Shown here: positions 13,628 through 26,561 of the stretch, one piece after another
Layout: every line of letters begins with the position of its first letter
How positions within the stretch are numbered: position 1 is the first letter of the stretch
NCBI RefSeq assembly: GCF_001194135.2
Contig: NC_068983.1
Location: forward strand, 117,177,033-117,241,032
Length of the DNA: 64,000 nt
Direction: 5' to 3'
Source of the DNA: Octopus bimaculoides
Lineage: Eukaryota
The notes under the pieces: generated by a model
Told to the model about the DNA's origin: nothing
Databases searched by the model: none
What the model saw: only the letters and a program-made list of their open reading frames with translations
Translations under genes and position numbers: made by a program

Positions 13628-13997
13628 TAAGGCAGCGAGCTGGCAGAAACGTTAGCACCCCAGGCGAAATGCTTAGTGGTATTTCATCTGTCTTTACGTT
13701 CTGAGTTCAATTTCTGCCGAGGTCGACTTTGCCTTTCGGATTTGATAAATTAAGTATGAATTGTGCACTGGGGCCGAACTAATCGACTGCCCCCCCCCCC
13801 CCCCNNNNNNNNNNNNNNNNNNNNNNNNNNNNNNNNNNNNNNNNNNNNNNNNNNNNNNNNNNNNNNNNNNNNNNNNNNNNNNNNNNNNNNNNNNNNNNNN
13901 NNNNNNNNNNNNNNNNNNNNNNNNNNNNNNNNNNNNNNNNNNNNNNNNNNNNNGCCTCGAATATTTCGGGCCTTGTGCCTAGAGTAGAAAAGAATAT
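13628..13997 (+). mobile_element. SINE type A, low divergence, spanning an N run after a poly-C tract
   Basis: GGCAGCGAGCTGGCAGAAACGTTAGC..GAGTTCAATTTCTGCCGAGGTCGACTTTGCC..GGGCCTTGTGCCTAGAGTAGAAAAG. Confidence 0.9.
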
Positions 13998-16837
13998 TTG
14001 TTCAAGATGTAAACGGAGTTTTCTTTTTGTTTTGGCACTCTAACGTGGGGCAGGGTATTAGAAGGAAACAGCATTATATAATATATATTTTGATGAATTA
14101 AAGATTAATAAAGAACAAAATCTTATACCGAATAAATAAAAATTTTGATATACAGTAACAGAAAAAAAAATGATATGAAAATTAAGTATCCATTTACGAT
14201 GAGAATGCTTTCTGTAATAGTGAGCAAGTGAAGCCCCCATCTCCCATAAAGTGTCAACACTCAATAAACTCTACTTGAAGTTTTTACTTATATTCTGTGC
14301 ATTTTATGCTGTTTAAAATTTTAAACAATTTTCTTCACAACCTGTACTTCATCTAGAATTTTGTTGTGTATATTGCATAAGTATTTTATGAAACCTGTTA
14401 TTCATCGCTGTAGTATTTACTTTGTTCAAAGGGGAGGACAGTTCTCCCCACAGAGTTTGGCGCTCTTATATAAGTTGTGAGTTCATTCTTAGCGGAGTGT
14501 CGTCTTTAGAGGAAACCTCGTATTTTCTAAAGCTTTTTCATGTTTTTTTTTTTTGCGTCTTACTTTGGCTTCCATTTCTATTTTATAAAACTTACTTATC
14601 GTCTTCGGCCTAAATATGGTTTCATCCTACCCTCATTCGTGAATGAGGTAGTACTGCCATGGGCATATACTTCCGCGTCGTTTAGCACTAGTTGTTTGCG
14701 TTGATGTGATTTATTCTGCCTGTATTCAAGTTTGGGTTTCAATAGACAGCTCATGGCTATGGTGAAGAGGCCCTTTAGTTTGTCAACTCACAAGCTGTAA
14801 TTATTCTCGTCTTTATTATTCTCTATTTTTTTCTTCGTTGCAATACTGTTGGTCTCAGATTATTTTTCACAGAAATCCCTTCAATGGGTTTTGTACACAC
14901 GTGTGTAGGTCACCTAAATTTAATACTGAGTTTTAAGGTCTTCCTCTCATCATCCTTTACAGGGTACAGTTCTGATTTTGCATTATGATTTTGCGTGGTT
15001 CTGAGAACTTGTATGCCTATGATGATATCATTCGACCACATACTGCTAGATATTACGTTTGGATTGGACTACGAACATGGCTTAAAATCCAGGAATTGAC
15101 ATCGTCTCACATGTCCCTGAGGGTGAAATTCTGTGTTCATCTTCCAAACACCTGCGGATTCAAGTTATGTGCTAGTATGTCACACATGACTTGGTTTGCG
15201 CTTTCACTCTGTTTTCTCCTATAAAGATAATACATAGAATGCCGTATACCCACCATATTCTAATAAAGTTAATTTCACTTAAAATCACTGCCAGGTCTGC
15301 CACCAACTCATGCTAGTATGCTATAGGTAAAACTCCGTAGCCTTTCACCTTTCCAAAGTACAGGTAAGGTACCTTCTACCTCTTACACGTTTCTGTAAGA
15401 AACTGTGGTATGTTGGCACTAGTTCCATGTAATCCGGAAGAATGTGTCTCCACCCCTTCTTATCTATTGGTTGAGGTAATTGTGTGGACACTCAGCAGAA
15501 TTAAAAATAGATCCTTCCACGGGATGGATGCCCTGCTCACTAAGAAACCAAGATTCAAAAGTTCATGGGAAAAAGACCTATTTCGGATCTGAGACAGATG
15601 AACCACAATAATATTAAAATGACTTTACTAAAATACTCCCTAGTTGTTGATTAACTGCAGTTTGAATTTTAGAACCGAAATTCTGATAACTACAAAAACA
15701 AAATTTACTTCCCATTGACGGATGCCAAAAGAACTATGCTTTGCAGCATATGTGATCTGAAGTCCGGCTTTCAAAATAAAACATTCGGAACATCTTACAA
15801 AGCAAGATAGATATTTCTAACAAATAGACAATTATGCTTACTTTTGTTATATTTTGTAATATAACTATACATAGTAGAGATATATTTTAAATATGGAATA
15901 ATGTATCGTATAATTCTAGAAATCTAAATCCCTCCATGCTAATGTTATTGGATTTATCTACTGGATTCTTATTAGGTGTTAAAACAACAAAAAAACATTG
16001 GAACAACGTTTTGGGGAAAATGTTATGAAGGAATGGGTATAAAATTTGCAAAGAGAATGTATGAGGCATCCAAATCATAAGGAAAATTCCTATACAGGGA
16101 AAGAAAAGAAAATGATATATAAAAAGTACTAGAACAATTACAAAATGTATTTTGCACTCAAGTTACATTGTTACAAACGATGTGGGACATGAAAATACGA
16201 ATATCACATAAAAATAGAGCAGAAACAGTAACACTAAAACAATAGTCGTCAGAGAAACACTTTGAAAGTTTCACCATGATTCCATGACAAACCTACCAGC
16301 ACAAAAACGAACAACAGCAAAAAGAACAATTACAAAGACAATAAGTACAATAACAAAAATAGTATGTTCTTAGTATGTTTTCTTTTTTCGTGATTAAGTT
16401 TCTTGTAACAGAAATGTTATTGCTGCTCGTACTTTGTCATACGTGATTGATCGCCCACAAACACCAACACGTCTCTAAAACGTTTTTCAAAGGTACCAAC
16501 CAAATAACTCTGTTGTACTCCATTCAGTCGTCATAGAATCAAATCCTAAAATAGCCACTACGTCAAAGATCTCGTAAGATGTACATCAATAATGAAAGGT
16601 ATGGTGGTGGAGAAAAATGTTTGCTGGCTTCATTCCCAACCAATGCCCGGTAAAAGAACGTATGGCCTACGAATTACGCGTTTGAGTGAACAAGTACGTA
16701 GATGCTTAACCAATCAGAAATGGCGTGTCGAATTCACGTACTTGTCTAACATGCAAATGCTCTGTTTTTCTTTTACAAATTACTTGCTATGCGACCAAAA
16801 TAATTGCAAGCACATAATATAACTAAAATTACTGTAA

Positions 16838-17012
16838 AGCGTCGTGCTGGCAGAATCGTTAGCACGCGGAGCGGCATTTCGTCCGTCTTTAGTCCTTTGT
16901 CTGCCACCCTTTCGAAGTCGATAAAATAAGCACCAGTTGAGTACTGGAGTTGATGTAATCGACTTATCCCCTTCCCTGAAGTTGCTGGCCTTATACCAAG
17001 ATCTGAAATAAT
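16838..17012 (+). mobile_element. SINE type A (box B region deleted)
   Basis: GCTGGCAGAATCGTTAGCACGC..GTCGATAAAATAAGCACCAGTTGAGTACTGG..GCTGGCCTTATACC. Confidence 0.8.
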
Positions 17013-18799
17013 TTTTCCTACAATTACTACCTTTTCTTTCTTTTTCTCCATCTTCCGCATTAGGACTACCTATCTTTTTATAATCCGTATTAGTTTTCTA
17101 TGTTCTATTAAAGCAACCATAGACGGTTGCATGTCACTGCACGTTTGTGAAATTTTTGATTCATAATCCCCCAAAACCTCATCAAACCAAGAAACATTCA
17201 ACTGTGAGAACATATTAAGCATCATTTATTTAGTTTCTCTTTTGAAATAATATATTTCCTGCCATTGACTCATTTTTCATTTCAATTTTAAACGTACATA
17301 ACGAATTTGCCTCACTACTTGACAAAATGTTCATTGTTGATTCAGTATTTGACATTCGTTCCTTCACGTTCAGCTGCTGGTAAAATTTCTTTTCATTGTT
17401 TCTGAAAAATCTGTTCCAGTACTGATCTATTTTTCGCTAGCTTTTATGATATATCACCGATTTTGCTTGAATTTTTCTTTCATATTTATTTAAGAATAAC
17501 TCTATCTGATGGCATTTTTCTTTCGAAATAGTATTCATAACGCTTCTTTACATACTTCTTTTTAATTATTGCATTTATGTTTATACTTTTTCTAGTCCTC
17601 TTTTCACCTGATCTCATTCACCACCAGCATTACAAACATAAACGCAACCTAACTCACATAATATAAACAAACAAAAAACAACCCGAACACCAAGAAAAGA
17701 AAAATAAATCAATAACTATACGATCAAAAATGCAAGCAACAAAAGGTTAATGAACCACATATATGAACATACAAACATCTTCGACTATAACAACATCACA
17801 ATAAAAAATAAATGTTATTTGTTGAAAACGATATAAAACATTTATTTGATACCTTTCCTATTCAAGAGGGTATAGGAAATTTCCGAAGAAATATTAATAA
17901 AAGATCTTCTTGTCAAAATAATCCAGCTAACCGGAGGGACGGAACACCTAAACTACCACAGGAATAAGACAAGCGGTCCATCTTTCATTCCTCTTTTTAT
18001 CTACCTTGGCATTACCTTGGGAATATGGCCACCTCCGCAACGATTTTAGGTCACTGCATATAGATCTGGTGGCCATCAACGAAACCAAAATTTTTGCTGC
18101 ACTATTTTTTACGCTCACGTTCAACATGTACGCAAAACCTTGAAGGGCAACAATGTTTGCTGCTCACAACGATGGTTCTAGAAAATACCACATGTTGAAA
18201 GTGAGTTACTGCAGTTTTACCCTTCTCAACTACTATTCATCAAGTTACGCAGCTTGAGGAAAGAAGTGAAACAGCACATGGAAATTTACACCGGAAGCCG
18301 TAGTTCTGGTTCTGCATGCATGCACGTTGCCTTCTTGAATGGCAGCAATGTTTGCTGCTTGTAATGAAGGGTCAAGAAAATGTAGCCTTATCAAAGTTCA
18401 TTCTCATTTCAACAAGATGACTAGTTGAGGCCAACGGATAGTAACATTCAATTTATATAACAGTTAAAACAAAAAGATGCGGTATAAACTGAATTACAAG
18501 ATGAGTAATGATTTATGAGCGCATACTAGTGTATGTGAAGCATGCTAAACACTACAAGGTAACGACCAGACTTCGTATGAATATTGGAGACTGAAAGTCA
18601 ACATCGCTACCCAGCGCGAAGTCTGCTTTGCGGAAAGCAGCTTTCAAGAACACACCCTACTCATTCCGTAATCGAGTGATTGGAAGACACCTTTCTGGAG
18701 TCGGTCGTTTGTGAAAATTTCTCCATGTATAGAACTGCCACGCCTCCCGATTAGAGCAAATGAACAAAACATATTCGTTCTCTCTCTCTCTTTCAGTGT

Positions 18800-18816
18800 A
18801 TGTATGTATGTATATG

Positions 18817-18903
<87 letters not shown>

Positions 18904-18945
18904 TTGTGAATTCTCCCTATATATATATATATTTATATGCAATTA
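18800..18945. repeat. (TATG)n/(TA)n/(TG)n microsatellite
   Basis: Visible. Confidence 0.95.
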
Positions 18946-19187
18946 TTTAAACATGATCGACTACTCATTCTAAATATGGTGCAATATTACGGTGATCATG
19001 TACAATTGTCTCTGAATAAGCTCACATGTCCCAGTAGGAACAGCAGGGAAAAATATGGTCGTGGCAGTCAATAAAAATTTATAACTTCCTTCATATTTGG
19101 GAAATCGTTCGATTGACGTCAATGTCATCAATTACTGTGATGTTGCAAAAAGCAAGAAATAGATTATGCTAAACTTAGAAATATCTA

Positions 19188-20297
19188 CGAGGCTAGGCTG
19201 AAAAGTTCATAGGGTTAGAAACTATAAAGGGGTGATACTATAGCTGTGAATTCTTGAAAGTATTAATTTCAACTCTTCATAATTAGTGACGACTTCTCTT
19301 GAAAATCGATAGAATTTTGCATCGTGGTGTTATCAAGTACCTGCAGAGAAAGGGTTGCTACATTAGGGAATGATGCTCCGGCTTTATCAACACTACAAAA
19401 GTGTGTAGTTAAATTTAGGAGGGGAAGTTGACCTAAGGTCTGAATTTACTGAAACTGCCACCATCGACGAAAACATTGATTGTCTTCAGCACAAGCGATT
19501 GGCAATAAATTAAATAGCCAATGCTATTAGTATATCCCGTGAAGTTTGCATGACGAAGTTTTCTGCTTGGTGGGTGCCACATCATCGACACCTGATCAAA
19601 TACACACCAGGCTGATCACATCATGGGAAAATCTCACATTATTTGAAGCAGATCGAACTGGTTTCTATGAACGTTTCCTAATCCAGGATGAATGTCGTGT
19701 TAATCACTATGAAGCAGAGACAAAGAAACAATCCATGCCATGAAATCATCCCCCTCACTTGCTCCAAAGTAGGCCATGGTCATTTTATATGCAGGGAAGA
19801 TGATGGCCTCAGTTTTCTGGGAGGCAAAAGACATTGTTTATTCTTTATCTCCAGAAGGGCCACACCCTCAACAGAAAGTACTATGCCAAACTGCTGGGAC
19901 AGTTATGAATGGCTATCGAGTCAAAACCGACGAGAGGGGTCTTGTTTCACACATGTCCTTGTTTTCTTTGGCACCTATGCGTGACAGTGGTTTTGAACTA
20001 CTCGATCAGCCTCCTTATTCTCTTGTTTTGATTCCATCTGGCTATCGTCTGTTCTCCATCATGAAAACATACTTAATTGGGAACCAGTATCGCAGTAATA
20101 ATGACATCATACCTGCTGTTGATGAATTTTTTTGACAAACAGGAAGAATGTTTCTTCACCAATGGGATCCAAGCACTGCGACACCGATAAAATAACTGTG
20201 TGCACCGTAAGAAAGACTATATTTGAAAATAAAACTCATTTAGTCACATTCCTTGAGAGTATCTTGGATAACCTATGAACTTTTCAGCCGTCTTTCG
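19188..20297 (+). mobile_element. Mariner transposon with both TIRs and TA target duplication; transposase decayed
   Basis: TA|CGAGGCTAGGCTGAAAAGTTCATAGG ... CCTATGAACTTTTCAGCCGTCTTTCG|TA. Internal WVPH, QDECRVNHYE (GDE.W..HY) and QPPYSLVLIPSGYRLF (HPPYSPDLAPSD..LF), with frameshifts. Confidence 0.9.
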
Positions 20298-21073
20298 TAC
20301 AATGTTCTTTTGTATGCCTTCTTGGAATCTATTTTTGAATAGTTAAGGAATAGTTACGCATTACCATTATACTAAATATACACATAATTCGCTGACATTA
20401 ATTATCTCATTATCTAATTCTGATTATAGATATATTGGTCGATTAGTCTTGTTATTAAATAAAAAAAATTAGCAGTAGTAATGTTATTACATCATTACTT
20501 ATTTTTGTCTTCACATAAATAATTTTTCTCAAACTCTGAAAAACACTATATTGTAAACAAATCGAATTAAATACGTAAAAATAAAAACCATTTTGGTGTC
20601 AGAAAAATATACATCTGATGAATATATGTAACAGGTATTTAAAAAAAAAACTAAATGATTGTTACGTTGCTTTACAAACCTTTTTTTAATTTCTATGATA
20701 CTGAATGAAAATGGAGTCTTACAATAAAGATAGTCCGAAAATATGAACAATATTAATATTCATGCTGAAAAGAAAACCTGATTCTCGAATTCCTCGGATG
20801 ATTTAACGATGACTAAAGAAAAAAAAAAATAGATTACCGTTTGTATTCTACAAATGTCTCTCTTTCAATACTTTCCTTTTGCATGGCAGTTTCTGGTGAA
20901 AAACTGAAGCATCTATTGATTACTATTATTTCTGCTTTATTAGACGCATCACGCAGAAAAAAAAATTCGAACCGTAATTCGATACATCGGAACAAAAAAT
21001 TTAATTATTTCAAAATGTGCTGAAATTTAGAAGAAAATATGAATCAAACGAATAATATTAAGAACAATATTCA

Positions 21074-21134
<61 letters not shown>

Positions 21135-21136
21135 AT

Positions 21137-21176
<40 letters not shown>

Positions 21177-21184
21177 GCTGCTAT

Positions 21185-21234
<50 letters not shown>

Positions 21235-21235
21235 T
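21074..21235. repeat. (CTA)n/(CTG)n trinucleotide array, followed by a (CCT)n-rich tract to about 21375
   Basis: Visible; explains the poly-S and poly-T ORFs. Confidence 0.95.
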
Positions 21236-21618
21236 GGTGGTTGATGCTATTCAGTTTCTTCCACTTCCTGTTACTACTGGTGCAACTGCCTTTCCTCCAC
21301 CACTTCTTCTCCACCTCCTCTTCCTCCTCCTCCTCCTCCTCCTCCCCATTCTTCCCTCCCTCCTCTTCCCCTTCCTAATGCAACTAATACTTTGTTTCAT
21401 CTAGTTTGGGTATTGCATTTATTCTTGCCGTTGCCAATACTTCTCATATGTACATTAAACTGTGTTTCTCTATACGACCTATATATGTATTATATATATA
21501 TATATATATAATTACCTGTGTGGGTACCGTCTTTGTTAGAAGGTATCTAGAGACAGGTAATTTATCGTGTAAACCACAGTTTATATGTATAGTCATGTAG
21601 AGAATGGAGAAACAAACA

Positions 21619-22127
21619 CATAAGAAGCAGGTCGATTGCGCTAGTTAGCCATTAATTTATTCAGTTAGGTAGAGATTATATAATGCTACATTTACGATCG
21701 TTTTGATTTGCCAATTTAAATTGGCAGATCTCTTCAGAATGTTGAGAAGTCTGTTTAAATGCATGGTGTGAGAGATGTGCTAATGTACAGGAATGCATAT
21801 AGTGGTGTGAGAATAGAGGTAAGGTATAGTGAGTCTTACATTTTAGTCGAAGTCAAGGTTAANNNNNNNNNNNNNNNNNNNNNCATAAGAAGCAGGTCGA
21901 TTGCGCTAGTTAGCCATTAATTTATTCAGTTAGGTAGAGATTATATAATGCTACATTTACGATCGTTTTGATTTGCCAATTTAAATTGGCAGATCTCTTC
22001 AGAATGTTGAGAAGTCTGTTTAAATGCATGGTGTGAGAGATGTGCTAATGTACAGGAATGCATATAGTGGTGTGAGAATAGAGGTAAGGTATAGTGAGTC
22101 TTACATTTTAGTCGAAGTCAAGGTTAA
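21619..22127. repeat. Exact 244-bp direct duplication (21619-21862 = 21884-22127) on either side of a 21-N gap
   Basis: No difference seen by eye; the geometry is typical of an unmerged contig overlap. Confidence 0.85.
21953..22007 (-). ncRNA. Minimal type I hammerhead-ribozyme-like motif (duplicate at 21688-21742)
   Basis: Minus strand ACATT-CTGAAGA-GATCTGCCAATTTAAATTGGCAAATC-AAA-ACGATCGT-A-AATGT: stem I ACATT/AATGT, CUGANGA core, hairpin stem II, palindromic stem III, GUA site. GAAA reads AAAA. Confidence 0.75.
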
Positions 22128-22316
22128 TATTTCTGCGAAGGAGAGGTAGGGTGGGTGCTGTTTAAGTCCGTAATTCCAATCTTCGTCAAGTGCATTACTC
22201 ACGTTGCTGTTGTTAAATCAAGCGGATGTTGTGTTTCATTTGCACCGGCGGTGTAAGTAAAGGGGAGTAACTCTACGTTTTGGTGAAGAAGGAGCTAACT
22301 CTGTCCTAGTAAATAT

Positions 22317-23355
22317 TTAATTATACTTAAAAAATGAAAATTTTGTAGTGTGTAGACAAACTGGGTTATTTTCGTATTTTTTTGTTTCGAAGATGTGCTG
22401 TAGCCGTTAGGATTTCGAGGCATTCAATTAGGTAAAGGTCACAACGTCTGTTAATTGAGTTATAAGAATTTGCTGTTCTGAGTATATGCCATTTTAGTTT
22501 GTATGCTATATTATTGTCATTTAATTCCCAAATATAGCTACTAAGTCTTGTTGAGCTTGCCTTCTTTATATTTCTAAAGCTAGATTAGTGTTCATTGTAT
22601 CTAAGTCGTATTTGGTTTTTCGTGGCTCTTATGTATGATCTTATATGGTTGTTTGTGTGTACGTCACATTGGTAAACTACATTTTCGGTCTTACATCTAT
22701 TGGAGAAATTGTATTTATTCCTATCCCTAGAGCTACATAAATTATAAGGGGTGTCTGTGTCGGTGTGTTGTTGTGCGGCCCCATTGTTCTTTTGATGTGT
22801 GTCTCTGTTAGCAAGGGGCGTTGTATTTGTCGGACGGTTGTTAGTTTGGTTGTTCATGGTCTTTCTAACTGCATAGAATGCGTCTATTTTTTTATTATTA
22901 ATAGAGGCTATAATGGTAGCTAAGTTACATGTCAGGCTGTGGCCTATTCTAATCTTGTTCTTAAATATTGCTGCATATTTATTGTTTACATTTAGATGTT
23001 TATCTATTATGTTCATTAATGAACGGACTATGTTGGATTTGAGGTTCATGGTGAAGGGGATAATTAACCGGATCGTATCACTATTGTGCTTACTGTTATA
23101 ACGGTTATGCCTGGTATAGAAGCTGCCATCATAGCTGGGAAGGCTAGTGAATTTGCCTTTGTGGCTACCTAATTTGTTTGTATGGTTAGGTTTATTTTTC
23201 GTATCTGTCTTATCAGTGTTAGCTGGGTTAATATTGTTCGGTTTTTGTGGACCCGGCGTCAACGGGTTAAGGTTTATAACAGGGTTTATTTTAGTTCGCT
23301 GGGTCTTGCTGTTATTATTAATATTCTTATCTTTGTGTGGCTTAATGTTGATCAT
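22317..23355 (-). mobile_element. Penelope-like element (Naiad-type) thumb + linker + GIY-YIG endonuclease, no RT core; one TAA at 22585-22587
   Basis: IPFTMNLKSNIVRSLMNIIDKH..IFKNKIRIGHS..NLATIIASINNKKI (thumb end); RCKTENVVYQC..YIRAT..RLRYNEH*SSFRN..TRLSSYIWEL..KWHIL..RCDLYLIE..RNKKYENNPVCLH..KF. Same frame continues past the stop to TAA at 22317. Confidence 0.85.
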
Positions 23356-24269
23356 ATTATGTGTGTTATTGTATTTCCACTTCGTTATATATTAGTCTTA
23401 TTAATGCTAATACTATTATTGGTATTGGTGTTTACGTTGTTGTTGGTAATTTTTGTGTTATGTGGGTTGGCTTTGGGATCTTTGTATTATTATCATTTAT
23501 ATTCCCTTTATTTCGGTCATTTTGTATGGTTATTGAGATCTAGGTAATTAATTTTATGGTTGAATCCTGCTTTATGTAGTGCGATATTATAGATTTCNNN
23601 NNNNNNNNNNNNNNNNNNNNNNNNNNNNNNNNNNNNNNNNNNNNNNNNNNNNNNNNNNNNNNNNNNNNNNNNNNNNNNNNNNNNNNNNNNNNNNNNNTAT
23701 ATATAAAGGTTACAAACCTCATTAAGAGATAGTAAAATCCAATGAAAGTACTGGTTGGTTAGCTATACAAAGAATGGTGAACATTACAATTAACATTCGA
23801 CTCTAAGGTAACTATATAAACCGTGGTTTATATATATTTATATATTTCGATAAGATAAGAAAATATAGAGACAATTAATGAATTATTGCTTATTAATTTT
23901 TAAAAATTGACATCACTTACAGCTGTTTCAATTCTTCAGAAAATTAATTAATAAAAGTAAAAATTATGCGAAAATCGAATCTCGTCAGAGTTAGTTTAAC
24001 ATATACAAAATAGCTGTTCAATTTCTGCATACTGAGTATACGGCTGGAGTATACTTTTATATAATCTTAGAATTTTTCTTTTATTATCCACAATTTAGTA
24101 GACTACAATCTTTTTATTATAACAAGATTTGAATCCACTACGAAAATCTCAAATGAATAAAACTACATTGTCATCATTGTTATACCATATAAAGTTGTGC
24201 ATTCTACAAACTTATGAATAATTCAAAAGTTGCATAACTTTTTAATTAACTGATATATGTCGTTAAATT

Positions 24270-25250
24270 GCAGATGTTAGTAAAGTCTTCCTGTATAGTA
24301 ATAATTGTTTCGAAACTGAAGCAGTGCGCCACATTGAATTCCTGAGAGAGTATGTGTGCTGGCTGTCCGATAACTAGTGAAAACTGCAGGCTATTTACGG
24401 CGACAACTGTTGGTAAGAACGATGTAAACAGATGGATGAAAGAGTTTAAACAAGGAAACCAATATATTGAAAACAAACTACGCAGTGGGAGAGGATCAAC
24501 TGCAACCAATAATACGAAATACAAGCGAATTGACGAATTGATTCATGCGGCCAGTAGCTGTAACGTATACATTTTTAGAAAGTTGATATCGCGAGAGTTT
24601 ACTCTGCTTTGATCTGCCGGAAGCATGTGACACCAATGAAAGTTAGTTTTCTTCGATCTATTTGCAGGGGCTGAGAGATAGGCGTATCTTTATATTCCAC
24701 AAGCGAAGGCTTAGTCCATGGAGTGGCGTTACACCTCTTCTCAAAGGACTGAGAATTTCAAGATTCAGCAATTGGCCCAAAAAATCACGTGGTTGTTTTT
24801 TTTTAAGGATCACAAAGGCGTCATTCTCTTATATCTTCTTGAATGAAGCTGTACCGTTAACAGTTAGTGATATATTTATACAGTGAATATGTTTAAAGAA
24901 GACACTCGGAGGAAGAGACCGAATAAGACTCTAAAAATGGTCCACGTTGACCATGACAAAGCGTGGCAACACTCATCTTTGGAGCTAATCAGGCAATCGG
25001 CACACTGGGCTAGTCATTTGTCTCCCATCCGTCATACGGACCAGTATGCTGTCCTCCAAGTTCCATCTTTTCGCGCCAATCAATGACAGACTTCGTGAGC
25101 AAAAATTTGATGATACACTCGTATTGAAAATGTCTGTTAAGAAGTGGGTACAACAGTGCATACCTGAAGTTTTAAATGAGGTTTGAAAGACGAAGGCGCA
25201 AATGTATTTCCTACGATGAAGACTAAGTTGAATAGTACCTTTGTACAGAG
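24270..25250 (+). mobile_element. Decayed mariner-family transposon
   Basis: AIYGDN, VNRWMKEFKQGNQYIENKLRSGRGST (HTH/RSGRP), HDKAW (HDNA) region, C-terminal RKCISYDEDYVE-like segment. TIRs not identified. Confidence 0.7.
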
Positions 25251-25715
25251 GAGGCTTTACTCTGCCCACGTGTACAATTTGATGGAAATATATCAGTCAA
25301 TAAAAAATTGTCAACTTTTTGCTTTACTTTTGGAACAATCCCTGCATTTTGTTGAACTAAAGAGAGTAGAGATGTACATCAGTGATTGTAAACACTTCCT
25401 TAAGCATTTGAGAAGCAGGAACTACAAATCTTTCCAGTTCACCTTTGCGATCTGATATTTTAATTTTCATTAAGAAGCTGGAAGTATTGCAATGTTAAGT
25501 AAAATGTATTTATATTTACCAGTATTTTGCCCTGATATCAATGACTCAGTAGAAATGCGATTGTTAGATTTGTTTTCAAATGTTCTCAAATTTACACATT
25601 ATATCAAAATAGAAAATGCCTGTTAAATAAAGCATACAAATTTTTATTTCAAACTTATATATTAGATTTTCTGACTGACTCGCTTTTATTGGGAAAGGAA
25701 GTGCGGGTTTCACAC

Positions 25716-25856
25716 AAGTCTTCCTGTATAGTAATAATTGTTTCGAAACTGAAGCAGTGCGCCACATTGAATTCCTGAGAGAGTATGTGTGCTGGCTGTC
25801 CGATGACTAGTGAAAGCTGCAGGCTATTTACGGCGACAACTGTTGGTAAGAACGAT
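25716..25856 (+). repeat. 141-bp copy of 24283-24423 (mariner 5' coding end), 2 mismatches
   Basis: Direct comparison. Confidence 0.9.
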
Positions 25857-26561
25857 ACAATTTAATACAAACATTTAGTTTTGATAACACTTTTTAAAAA
25901 AATCAGTATTAATTTTTTTATTAGAGTATAAATAATAGATTCTCCAGTATCTAACAGTTTTTAAAATTCTTTATTCTTTTCACTGACAATTAACTATGGG
26001 ATGGAATCAGATATAGCTTATAAAATTCTCATTTATCTATTTATAGATAGATGTTGATACGTTTTGATTCGGTTTAAAATATCACAGAGAAATATTTGTT
26101 GCTAACTCTTTAAATAGAGATGTTTGATAGCATCAGTTACTTCTGCAGTATCTCGTTAAATATTTACGATAAACACAATTCTGAAATACAATGTTTGGCT
26201 AAATTTGAATGAAACATTTAATTTTATGACTAATATTTTAGAATGACAGTGATAGTTCTAGTTTAAAAAGATGAACAGAAATTTCAGTTAAGTGTGTAAC
26301 GAAGTTTCAATGCTTCATTTCACTTCATTTACGCTGCCAATTTAATTGAAAAACCAGGAACTTAGTATTTCATACACATCGTTCCATCTAGTTAAAGCGT
26401 TTGTGTGTTATAATTCGAGAAACTCCCATTAGTTGCCAACATTATTCTAATATCTACTCTGTTTTAAACTTGTGTATGTGCGATATACATTGCAAATCCC
26501 GTATAATCACAAGTGTTTTTGTATGCATGTGTAAAGAATCCCACCAAACAGATATCAACAC

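Larger units (their letters stand above)
11560..15650 (-). mobile_element. Old, fragmented RLE-type (R4/Dong-like) LINE with SINE insertions
   Basis: At 11940-12140 the minus frames give NWKALGIKEVLNFWL..H, PELTPEWL and YYRPVT (RT entry motifs NWKAPG.D..NFW, P.WL, NYRPIT). Assignment of 12730-13500 and 14300-15650 to the same element is weaker. Confidence 0.5.

Noticed and set aside
13628-13720. tRNA genes at SINE heads
   Set aside because: Box A/B-like motifs continue directly into SINE bodies; no complete cloverleaf.
15887-16095. Minus-strand ORF with a strong acceptor (GIFLMIWMPH..LYPF)
   Set aside because: No usable donor before the stop and no phase link to the other candidates.
17870-18110. 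APE endonuclease start of an L1/Tx1-like LINE (..LHIDLVAINETK)
   Set aside because: A single short motif, insufficient to define an element.
21619-22127. Tandem 244-bp duplication as a real PLE pseudo-LTR or hammerhead dimer
   Set aside because: Apparently identical copies abutting a 21-N gap are best explained by an unmerged contig overlap; needs spanning reads.
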